The notes under the pieces were generated by a model that did no database searches, was not told where the DNA came from, and worked only from the letters and a program-made list of their open reading frames with translations. From the NCBI GenBank assembly GCA_945879785.1, contig CAMCVC010000003.1, positions 1 through 42,734 of the forward strand: DNA of 42,734 nucleotides, in the 5' to 3' direction. The translations under genes were made by a program, and so were the position numbers. This document shows positions 8,936 to 16,765 of this stretch, one piece after another. The DNA is from Staphylococcus epidermidis (GTDB lineage: Bacteria > Bacillota_I > Bacilli_A > RFN20 > CAG-826). Numbering within the stretch: position 1 is the stretch's first letter; each line of letters opens with the position of its first letter.

Positions 8936-10413
8936 AACGGTTCTCTATTTTATTACCGTTGGTTATTCTCATTGCCTCGTGTGACGGGGTGCTTTCTTCA
9001 ACCAGTTCCCTGGTGACCACTTCAAGTGAAATCATTTCTTTGTCTTCATCCACAGTTTCGGGGTCAACGTCTCAACTGTCTCCGATTGTCACGATTGATC
9101 TATATAATCTCAATGATTTTCACGGAGCGGTTGAACATAATCCTTCCAATAAAGAAATTGGGATTAACCGACTGGCTGGTTATTTTAAAACCCAACTTGC
9201 AAGCAACCCTAACAGTATCTTTCTTTCAAGTGGCGACATGTGGCAAGGTAGTGCCGATAGTAACATCACTCGGGGACGACTCGTGGTTGATGCGATGAAT
9301 CAAATGGGTTTTTCTGCGATGGCGATTGGCAATCATGAATTTGATTGGACGGATGATTATTTATTTTTAAACCAAACCCGATCTGACTTTCCTTTATTAG
9401 GCATTAACATCATGACCCAAGCGACCAATCAGCGAGCAGCGTTTGCTGATGCTTCGATCATGATCGAACGAAGTGGCATCCAAATTGGCATCATTGGCAC
9501 CATCGGTGCTTCCTTAGAAAGTACCATTCTCACGAGCGCGGTTGCTCCTTATGATTTTGTTCCCTATACAAATTTAGTCAAGGATGAGAGTCAACGATTA
9601 AAGAATTTAGGGGCTGACTTAATCGTGTTACTCAACCATGACGGAACCGTTGAATCTGGTGTGATGCCTTATGTTGACGCAGTCTTTAATGGTCACACTC
9701 ATCGGCGCGAAGTCTTCCATGTGAATGGAAAACCAGTGTATCAAGGCCAAGCTTATGGTCAAGCAATCAGTCATGTTCGATTTGCATTTAATACGGCAAA
9801 CATGGTTCCTAGTTTTATTCAAAATCAATCTGGTGTTTACACTTATGAATCGTTATCAAGTTCGAATCAATTTCCTCAAGAAGATGAAGAGATGAAAGCG
9901 TTATATGATACTTATTTGGTGAATGAAATCAACGAGGTAAAAAACGAAGTGATTGGTGAAGCAGAGGAAGCATTGACTCGTCAACAATTAGGACAATTTG
10001 CGGTTGATGAAATGTTACGGTTTGCTCAAACCGTGAAAGAAGATGTGGTGGCAAGCTTTCATAATTCTGGTGGGGTTCGCGCGACGATTGATCAAGGCCA
10101 AGTTACTTATGGTGAACTTTATAAAGCATTTCCTTTTGATAATGAATTGATGATTGTTGAAGTGACTGGTACACAATTGCTATGGTGGTTGTCAGCAGGT
10201 TTATATCAAAAGACCGTCCCCAATTTAACTCCTGTGGATGAGAATCAATCCTACTGGATTATTTCCATTAATTTTTTAACAGAAAGACATCTTGAGTCTT
10301 CATCTTATCCCCATGATCTAGATACGGCGATCAACACATATCAATACATTCGTGAGCAATTAAAAACCCGGTGGTTATCTGAAGGAACCATCCGGGCGAG
10401 TGACTACAATTAA
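8932..10413 (+). CDS. 5'-nucleotidase / 2',3'-cyclic phosphodiesterase family lipoprotein
   Basis: Lipobox LIASC and Ser-rich linker. Metallophosphoesterase motifs NDFHG, GDMWQG, GNHEFD, GHTH. C-terminal 5'-nucleotidase domain (NSGGVR, FPFDN). Confidence 0.9.
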   Translation: MKRFSILLPLVILIASCDGVLSSTSSLVTTSSEIISLSSSTVSGSTSQLSPIVTIDLYNLNDFHGAVEHNPSNKEIGINRLAGYFKTQLASNPNSIFLSSGDMWQGSADSNITRGRLVVDAMNQMGFSAMAIGNHEFDWTDDYLFLNQTRSDFPLLGINIMTQATNQRAAFADASIMIERSGIQIGIIGTIGASLESTILTSAVAPYDFVPYTNLVKDESQRLKNLGADLIVLLNHDGTVESGVMPYVDAVFNGHTHRREVFHVNGKPVYQGQAYGQAISHVRFAFNTANMVPSFIQNQSGVYTYESLSSSNQFPQEDEEMKALYDTYLVNEINEVKNEVIGEAEEALTRQQLGQFAVDEMLRFAQTVKEDVVASFHNSGGVRATIDQGQVTYGELYKAFPFDNELMIVEVTGTQLLWWLSAGLYQKTVPNLTPVDENQSYWIISINFLTERHLESSSYPHDLDTAINTYQYIREQLKTRWLSEGTIRASDYN

Positions 10414-10420
10414 CTAATTT

Positions 10421-10687
10421 TTATTTGATTTGGAGTTCAATCGGTAATGCTTGTGGCTTTTCTCCTGCAAGTTTAACCGCGAGCACCCCAGGGACTTCTT
10501 CCATGAGAATCACTTCTAAACCACCGGATAACGTCGAATCGATTAATCCGCAAGAAGAACAGGCACCTTCCATACGTAAATAGACAATGCCATCAATAAA
10601 GGAATCAAATTCAACATTGCCGCCATCACGAATAATAAATGGGCGAACTTTATCTAACGCTTCTTCAATTTGTTGTTCAATGGTCAT
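10421..10687 (-). CDS. NifU C-terminal domain (Nfu-type Fe-S scaffold) protein
   Basis: LDKVRPFIIRDGGNVE...GACSSC motif. The start is placed at the second ATG (10687) because the first ATG (10693) abuts the -10 box. Confidence 0.9.
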   Translation of the reverse strand: MTIEQQIEEALDKVRPFIIRDGGNVEFDSFIDGIVYLRMEGACSSCGLIDSTLSGGLEVILMEEVPGVLAVKLAGEKPQALPIELQIK

Positions 10688-10693
10688 GCTCAT

Positions 10694-10722
10694 ATCATAG
10701 CGAGAAATCTAACTTCTGGCAA
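10694..10722 (-). promoter_or_regulatory. Sigma-A promoter of Nfu gene (leaderless)
   Basis: Minus strand TTGCCA-17 nt-TATGAT, with ATG 6 nt downstream. Confidence 0.7.
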
Positions 10723-10741
10723 TCAATACGATTTTACCAAT

Positions 10742-10768
10742 AAAAAACCATCGTCTTGAAACGATGGT
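10742..10768 (-). terminator. Rho-independent terminator of tRNA operon
   Basis: Minus strand ACCATCGT-TTCAAG-ACGATGGT followed by TTTTT, directly after the tRNA-Leu CCA. Confidence 0.85.
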
Positions 10769-10769
10769 A

Positions 10770-10856
10770 TGGTGCCCGGGGACGGACTTGAACCGTCATG
10801 GTGTCGCCACCGCAGGATTTTAAGTCCTGTGCGTCTACCGATTTCGCCACCTGGGC
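10770..10856 (-). tRNA. tRNA-Leu(TAA)
   Basis: GCCCAGG...CAGGA-CTTAAAA-TCCTG, long variable arm, GGTTCAAGTCC, encoded CCA. Confidence 0.95.
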
Positions 10857-10863
10857 AACGACA

Positions 10864-10940
10864 TGGTCTCCCGCGAAGGAATCGAACCTTCGACCCCTTG
10901 ATTAAAAGTCAAGTGCTCTAACCGTCTGAGCTAGCGGGAG
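10864..10940 (-). tRNA. tRNA-Lys(TTT)
   Basis: CTCCCGC/GCGGGAG acceptor stem, CTTGA-CTTTTAA-TCAAG anticodon arm, GGTTCGATTCC, CCA. Confidence 0.95.
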
Positions 10941-10945
10941 TCTGT

Positions 10946-11020
10946 TGGCTGGGGTACCTGGGATCGAACCAGGGAATGATAGAGTCAAAGTCTATTGCCT
11001 TACCACTTGGCTATACCCCA
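10946..11020 (-). tRNA. tRNA-Gln(TTG)
   Basis: TGGGGTA acceptor (U1-A72), ATAGA-CTTTGAC-TCTAT anticodon arm, CCA. Confidence 0.95.
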
Positions 11021-11029
11021 AATGACGAA

Positions 11030-11113
11030 TGGTGGAGGCTGGTGGATTCGAACCACCGAACCCGAAGGAACTGATTTACAGTCAGCTGCGTTTGGCCGCT
11101 TCGCTAAGCCTCC
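11030..11113 (-). tRNA. tRNA-Tyr(GTA)
   Basis: GGAGGCT acceptor, GCTGA-CTGTAAA-TCAGT anticodon arm, long variable arm, CCA. Confidence 0.95.
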
Positions 11114-11138
11114 ATCGGTGGGATTGCACTGTAGCTAA

Positions 11139-11214
11139 TGGTGGATGTTGAGGGGTTCGAACCCCCGACCTCCGCCGTGTAAAGGCGATGCTCTCCCAAC
11201 TGAGCTAAACATCC
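11139..11214 (-). tRNA. tRNA-Val(TAC)
   Basis: GGATGTT acceptor, TCGCC-TTTACAC-GGCGG anticodon arm, GGTTCGAACCC, CCA. Confidence 0.95.
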
Positions 11215-11237
11215 CTTGGGCTTACGCGTGCTTACTT

Positions 11238-11266
11238 AATATACCAAACACCGTTTTTCTAGTCAA
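11238..11266 (-). promoter_or_regulatory. Sigma-A promoter of tRNA operon
   Basis: Minus strand TTGACT-17 nt-TATATT with TG extension, about 24 nt upstream of tRNA-Val. Confidence 0.75.
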
Positions 11267-11293
11267 TCAAAAGCCACTACAAAATCGAGGAAT

Positions 11294-12577
11294 TTAATAC
11301 CCTTTTTTGCCAAGCAAGCGAAACATATTTCGTTTATAAATTTCTACACCAGGTTGATTAAACGGATTGATGCCGAGTAAGTAACCAGAATACGCGCATG
11401 CTTTCATAAAGAAGTAAAGTAAGTGACCTAGATGCTGGGCATCCATTTGATCGATGGTTAGTAAAATCACTGGAACTTGGCCTTCCTCAACATGGGCTTG
11501 TAGGGTTCCTAAATAAGCCTTTTCATTAACATAAGACAATGGTCTTCCCGCTAAATAATTCAAACCATCCGCATCATTGATACTCAAAGGAACGGATAAA
11601 TCTAAGGAAGGTTTTTTAACATACAACACGGTTTCAAAAAGGATGGGAGATCCGTCTTGAATAAACTGACCAACACTATGTAAATCGGTAGTAAAGGAAA
11701 CCGATCCTGGAAGTAAACCTTTATTTTCCTTACCTTCCGATTCCGCAAAGAGTTGTTTTAACCATTCTGAAATCATTGCAAATTGTGGTTCATAAGTGAC
11801 AAACATTTCCACTGATTTATCTTGATAAAGTTGATGTCTAGCAATGGCATATTGAATCGCTAAGTTAGATTCAATGTGATTATTGGAATAAGTTTGCATG
11901 GCTTCTTTTGCACCTTGCATCAAGGCTTGGATATCGATTCCTGCTGCGGCAATCGGCAATAAACCTACTGCCGTTAAAACAGAATAGCGGCCACCAATAT
12001 CATCAGGTAAGTTAAAGGTGACATATCCTTCTTGGGTTGCCAGTGATCTTAGCGCACCTTTTTCTTTATCGGTTGTGGCAAAAATAGCATTTTTTGCCGC
12101 TGCTGCGCCAACTTTCTTTTCTAATAACGATTTCAATAATCGAAAGGCAATCGAAGTTTCCGTGGTGGTTCCTGATTTAGAAATGACATTAATCGCGAAA
12201 GTTTTACCTTCTAGATAATCAAGAATTTGTTGGGTGTAGGTTGGTGAGAAGGTTTGTCCCATGTAGATAATTTCTAACTCTTTATCTTTTTTTGGATATA
12301 ACCCTTTAATCCCCTCGATGACTGCTCTCGCCCCTAAATAAGATCCACCGATTCCGCAGACCACAAGGACTTGAAAGTTTTTTCGAATGCCTTTTGCAAC
12401 TTCTTGAATGAGTTGAAATTCTTTTTTATCATAGTTAGCCGGCCACTGATCCCAACCTAAAAAATCACCACCAGGTCCTTTTTTGGTAGCAATCATGTCT
12501 GTGATTCGATTGATTTTGTCTTGATATTCCGTCAAGGAACCTTTCAGTTTGATGTGAGTTAAATTTAATGAGAGCAT
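11294..12577 (-). CDS. pgi: Glucose-6-phosphate isomerase
   Basis: GIGGSYLG, SKSGTTTET, IGGRYSVLT, QLFAESEGK, DLHSVGQ, INPFNQPGVE. Confidence 0.97.
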   Translation of the reverse strand: MLSLNLTHIKLKGSLTEYQDKINRITDMIATKKGPGGDFLGWDQWPANYDKKEFQLIQEVAKGIRKNFQVLVVCGIGGSYLGARAVIEGIKGLYPKKDKELEIIYMGQTFSPTYTQQILDYLEGKTFAINVISKSGTTTETSIAFRLLKSLLEKKVGAAAAKNAIFATTDKEKGALRSLATQEGYVTFNLPDDIGGRYSVLTAVGLLPIAAAGIDIQALMQGAKEAMQTYSNNHIESNLAIQYAIARHQLYQDKSVEMFVTYEPQFAMISEWLKQLFAESEGKENKGLLPGSVSFTTDLHSVGQFIQDGSPILFETVLYVKKPSLDLSVPLSINDADGLNYLAGRPLSYVNEKAYLGTLQAHVEEGQVPVILLTIDQMDAQHLGHLLYFFMKACAYSGYLLGINPFNQPGVEIYKRNMFRLLGKKGY

Positions 12578-12580
12578 TTT

Positions 12581-12955
12581 CTACTCCTCCAATTTCTTTT
12601 TTTGTAAAGCGATCCAAGTCGGTAGCATTTGTTTTAGAGGGCTAAAGTCAATTTCATGTGGGGGAACCTTAAACCAAAATGGGTGAGCTTGGTCTGTTAA
12701 CTCTTCACGCTTATATAAACGTTTGATTGAAAGTTTGAGGTGATGATTGGATGGATCAATTTCAAGAACTTTAACTCTTACGTATTCACCAACAATAAGA
12801 TAAGTTTCTATGTTTTTAACATAATCATCAGAAATCTCTGATATGTGAATAAGTCCTTTTTGTCCATTTGGGAATCCAATGAATGCTCCATAAGGTTGAA
12901 TATCGATGACTTTGCCAACAATGATTTCTTCTATTTGATAACTGTTTGAGTTCAT
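12581..12955 (-). CDS. S1 RNA-binding domain protein (YugI/CvfD-like)
   Basis: GKVIDIQPYGAFI...GLIHISEIS...VKVLEID...LSIK, plus a C-terminal FSPLKQMLPTW resembling the YugI/CvfD tail. Confidence 0.85.
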   Translation of the reverse strand: MNSNSYQIEEIIVGKVIDIQPYGAFIGFPNGQKGLIHISEISDDYVKNIETYLIVGEYVRVKVLEIDPSNHHLKLSIKRLYKREELTDQAHPFWFKVPPHEIDFSPLKQMLPTWIALQKKKLEE

Positions 12956-13641
12956 CGTTTGAGTAATGCTTTCAATAAACTAAGATCGTCTTCATTCACA
13001 ATTTTAAAATTCATTCTACTACCAGGGATGACATGAACTTTTTTTTCCATTAAGGTCAGTAAACTGGCATCATCACTTGCGGTTTTTATCTTGAGTGATT
13101 TTGCATGTTCGTGCGCTTCAAGTATCGTTTGAAATTGAAAAGCTTGTGGAGTTTGAGTCAAATAGATATCTTTTTTGCTCACGTAATTATGCAGCGTGGC
13201 TTGCTCATCCACCACAAACAAGGAATCATTGACATGCCGTCCAAGGGTGATGGCAGAATAACTTTTCAATGCACCCACCAATTGATCAATAAGGTAAGTG
13301 GTTAACAGAGGTCTTGCAACATCGTGAATAAGAACATAATCCGGTTTCGTATGTAATTGAGCATAAATCAAGCCTTGATAACTTGATTCTTGTCTTGTTT
13401 TTCCACCGAGAATCACATGAATACTTTTTTTCTTTGCCCAAGGTTTAATTTCATCTTGGACTTCAGGTAATGCTTTTTCATTGACGACCAAAATGATTTG
13501 ATCGATTTTTTTATGCTTAACAAATGTATCCAAGGTGAATTGATAAAGTTTTTTACCTTGAATACGTAAAAATTGTTTAGGCGTCACCGTCCCCTTTAAT
13601 CGTAATCCTTGACCTGCAGCTAACAAGATGGCAGTAATCAT
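12952..13641 (-). CDS. ispD: 2-C-methyl-D-erythritol 4-phosphate cytidylyltransferase (IspD/TarI family)
   Basis: LLAAGQGLRL, PKQF, GGKTRQES, IHDVARP, QTPQAF, SDDASL, NFKI. TarI-type specificity cannot be excluded. Confidence 0.8.
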   Translation of the reverse strand: MITAILLAAGQGLRLKGTVTPKQFLRIQGKKLYQFTLDTFVKHKKIDQIILVVNEKALPEVQDEIKPWAKKKSIHVILGGKTRQESSYQGLIYAQLHTKPDYVLIHDVARPLLTTYLIDQLVGALKSYSAITLGRHVNDSLFVVDEQATLHNYVSKKDIYLTQTPQAFQFQTILEAHEHAKSLKIKTASDDASLLTLMEKKVHVIPGSRMNFKIVNEDDLSLLKALLKR

Positions 13642-13642
13642 A

Positions 13643-14467
13643 TTACTTTTTCACTTCTTTCGTGGCGAGTAAATCGGTAATCGCCATTTGTTGAATGTTG
13701 AGTTGAATGACTTTTTCTAGTAAAGAGTTTCTTGAATAATCAGCTTCACACACAAAGTTAACCCGTTCATCTTGAATGAGTAGTTTGGCTTTATCCTCAT
13801 GACCTTTGGAATAAACTGCAATGGATTTACCACCATGTTCTTTTGCCATCAACATCGCAGGAACATCGGTAAGTCCATCACCTATGTAGATTAAGTTACG
13901 ATATTTAATTCTTTTTTCTTTGGTTCGTTCGTTGACCTTGTCATCCTCAGATTGACTTAAGATTCCTTTTGCGATCCGGAAAAAATATTGAGTTTTCATC
14001 GTGTAATTAATGGCAATTTTTGGCCAAATGGCTTCCTTTGAATCTTTAGAAAATAAGAATTCACAACCAAAAATCTTTGTAAACTCTTTTGCAATTTTTG
14101 TGCCTTCAATGATTTCTTTGGTTCCTGAAGTGATGATGTAATGTTCGACCAGAACCCCATGGGATAGACCAAAGGTGTTGATGCGATTGAACCAAGTTTC
14201 TAACCCAGGAAAAAACCGAACACTGGTCCCTAATGAATATAAGTACTCTTTGGTAAGTTGAATGCCTCTTTTTTTACTCTCTTCAATCATCATGTACATA
14301 TAAGAGAGGATTTTTTCCATGCCGTTTTGAATCGAGTTTTGATTTGTTTTTTCCCAAAATTCTTCTGGTTTCATCCCTAAAGATGGAATAAAACTAAAGT
14401 TTTGTAAATCTTCTATGGCCAGCGTTCGATCAAAGTCATAAATGATCCCAACGATTGGTTTTTTCAT
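13643..14467 (-). CDS. HAD-family hydrolase
   Basis: Motif I YDFDRTL, motif II ITSG, motif IV YIGDGLTDVP. Confidence 0.85.
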   Translation of the reverse strand: MKKPIVGIIYDFDRTLAIEDLQNFSFIPSLGMKPEEFWEKTNQNSIQNGMEKILSYMYMMIEESKKRGIQLTKEYLYSLGTSVRFFPGLETWFNRINTFGLSHGVLVEHYIITSGTKEIIEGTKIAKEFTKIFGCEFLFSKDSKEAIWPKIAINYTMKTQYFFRIAKGILSQSEDDKVNERTKEKRIKYRNLIYIGDGLTDVPAMLMAKEHGGKSIAVYSKGHEDKAKLLIQDERVNFVCEADYSRNSLLEKVIQLNIQQMAITDLLATKEVKK

Positions 14468-14473
14468 GTTTAT

Positions 14474-14482
14474 ATTTTATCA
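14474..14482 (-). promoter_or_regulatory. Extended -10 promoter (leaderless) of HAD-ispD-S1-pgi operon
   Basis: Minus strand TGATAAAAT, 6 nt before ATG, with no SD. Confidence 0.6.
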
Positions 14483-14606
14483 CAAAATGAAAATAATCAT
14501 CATTTTTCATATGAAATAATCATTTTTTACATCAACTTTTATGCTTCATTCTGACCAGGGGCAATCATTGATTAGACAAGAGAATATGCTATAATTTTAT
14601 CGTTAT

Positions 14607-15134
14607 ATGACAACCCTAGACATCATCTTATTTATCATCATCATCGTCTTTAGTATCTATTTACTTCTTGGCTTATTTTTTACATTTCAAATGAGAAGTT
14701 TTTTTATTCAATTAAGCAAAAGAAAAGATGCAATCGATGTCTTAACTGCCCAAAAATATGATTTATTGAGGATGATCGGAAAACTATTTGTCAGGCATCA
14801 AATAGATGTTCCACAAGAGTTTATTCTTTCAAAACGTCCACGGTTTGAGGATACCTTGCAAAATATTAAAGATACTGAACGAACCATCGTGAAAAGTTTT
14901 CTGGTGCAAACCGCTCAGGCTCTTTTTTATTACGGTGAACAAAACCAAGCCTTATCGGTTAATCCAGAGTATGTGTCGCTAAAAAAGTCATTAGCAGAAG
15001 TTGATGAATTATTTCGTAAACAAGTTGCAGTCTATAATGCGGCTGCTACTAATTACAATTGGTGGCAAAGCTTTTTTTTATACCGATGGATCTCTATTAT
15101 TCTTCGTCACAAGTCCAAAGAATTAATTTCTTAG
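14607..15134 (+). CDS. LemA-like membrane-anchored protein
   Basis: N-terminal TM helix, and a C-terminal EYVSLKKSLAEVDELFRKQVAVYNAAATNYN resembling the LemA YN..V..YN motif. Confidence 0.6.
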   Translation: MTTLDIILFIIIIVFSIYLLLGLFFTFQMRSFFIQLSKRKDAIDVLTAQKYDLLRMIGKLFVRHQIDVPQEFILSKRPRFEDTLQNIKDTERTIVKSFLVQTAQALFYYGEQNQALSVNPEYVSLKKSLAEVDELFRKQVAVYNAAATNYNWWQSFFLYRWISIILRHKSKELIS

Positions 15135-15146
15135 AAGAGGTAATAT

Positions 15147-16742
15147 ATGAAAAAACCAGTCATTCTTGTCATCATGGATGGGTATGGTATTCGTAAGGAA
15201 ACTTATGGTAACGCCATTGCCAAAGCAAAAAAACCTAACCTTGACAGGTATTTTTCCAAATTTCCTTACACAGAAATAGAGGCATCTGGCTTGATGGTGG
15301 GGTTACCTTTAGGACAAATGGGTAATTCTGAAGTAGGGCATTTAAATATTGGCGCGGGAAGAATTGTTTATCAATCGTTAACTTTAATTGATCAAGCGAT
15401 TGTGGATGGAACGTTTGAACAAAATCAAGCGTACTTAAAGGCAATGACATATGCAAAAAAGAGCAATAAAAAATTACATATTTTAGGATTGGTTTCGGAT
15501 GGTGGAGTTCATTCCCATCTTGAACATCTCCAAGCCATCATTAAACTTGCTTCCAAACAAAAGGTCAGTCGCGTTTATTTTCATGCATTTATGGATGGTC
15601 GAGACGTTGCTCCCCAACTTGGCGAAACCTATATTCAACGCTTGGTTGAGACGATGAATGAGTTCAAAACGGGTCAATTAGCATCGATTGGTGGTAGGTA
15701 CTACGCGATGGATCGTGATAAAAACCTTCAACGCGTTGCCAAAGCCTATGATGTCCTTGTCCATCAAAAAGGCCCAAGCTTTAAAGATTATCGAACATAT
15801 TTTAAAGACCAATATGCATCCCTTCCAAAAGAAGGCAAAGATCCAAGTGATGAATTCTTAATTCCTCACTATGTTGATGGTATTGATGGCAAAATTCAAG
15901 ATGGAGATGCTGTTATATTTATGAATTTTAGACCTGATCGCGCGATTCAACTTTGCACGTTACTCACCAACCCAATGTTTTACGCAAACCCTCCAATCAA
16001 GGATGGCAAACCTTCATGGATAGCTTATCAACCGATATCACCTTTAAAAGATATCCAATTAGTTCAAACGATGAAATATGCTGATTCAGTGAAAGGTGAC
16101 ATTGCGTTTAAGTTACCAACGCTTGATAACACCCTTGGTCCTTGGTTAGCAAGTCATGGTAAAAAGCAATTACGTTTAGCAGAGACTGAAAAGTATCCTC
16201 ACGTCACGTTTTTCTTTGATGGCACCATCAATTATGATGGGGTGGAAAAGCCAGAACTTTCAGGGGCAAGAAGAGTGTTGATCAATTCCCCGAAAGTTGC
16301 TACCTATGATTTACAACCTGAAATGAGCGCTTATCAAGTCCGTGATGCATTGATTAAAGAACTTAACAAAGGTGATTTAGATGTCGCTATTGTTAACTTT
16401 GCCAACTGTGACATGGTTGGTCATACGGCAGTGGAATCGGCTGTAGTTAAATCAGTTGAGGTTGTTGATGAATGCGTTGGTTCGGTGATCGATTGGTGCC
16501 AACAACATGGCGGTAAGCTCATTGTCACCGCAGACCATGGCAATGCCGACCAAATCTTAACCGCCGATGGTAAACCCCATACTGCCCATACCACAAACCT
16601 CGTTCCTGTTTCCATTAACATCCCTGGCATTCGTTTAATGCCAAAAGGTGGTAAGTTAGGAAACCTTGCACCAACGATTCTTGATTTGCTTGGATTAGAG
16701 AAACCTATTGAAATGACCGAGAAAAGTCTTATTATTAAGTAA
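15147..16742 (+). CDS. gpmI: 2,3-bisphosphoglycerate-independent phosphoglycerate mutase
   Basis: MDGYG, QMGNSEVGH, SDGGVHSH, DGRD, GRYYAMDRD, AETEKYPHVTFF, DMVGHT, TADHGNA. Confidence 0.97.
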   Translation: MKKPVILVIMDGYGIRKETYGNAIAKAKKPNLDRYFSKFPYTEIEASGLMVGLPLGQMGNSEVGHLNIGAGRIVYQSLTLIDQAIVDGTFEQNQAYLKAMTYAKKSNKKLHILGLVSDGGVHSHLEHLQAIIKLASKQKVSRVYFHAFMDGRDVAPQLGETYIQRLVETMNEFKTGQLASIGGRYYAMDRDKNLQRVAKAYDVLVHQKGPSFKDYRTYFKDQYASLPKEGKDPSDEFLIPHYVDGIDGKIQDGDAVIFMNFRPDRAIQLCTLLTNPMFYANPPIKDGKPSWIAYQPISPLKDIQLVQTMKYADSVKGDIAFKLPTLDNTLGPWLASHGKKQLRLAETEKYPHVTFFFDGTINYDGVEKPELSGARRVLINSPKVATYDLQPEMSAYQVRDALIKELNKGDLDVAIVNFANCDMVGHTAVESAVVKSVEVVDECVGSVIDWCQQHGGKLIVTADHGNADQILTADGKPHTAHTTNLVPVSINIPGIRLMPKGGKLGNLAPTILDLLGLEKPIEMTEKSLIIK

Positions 16743-16765
16743 ATGCATAAATGGAGGCAGTCCCA

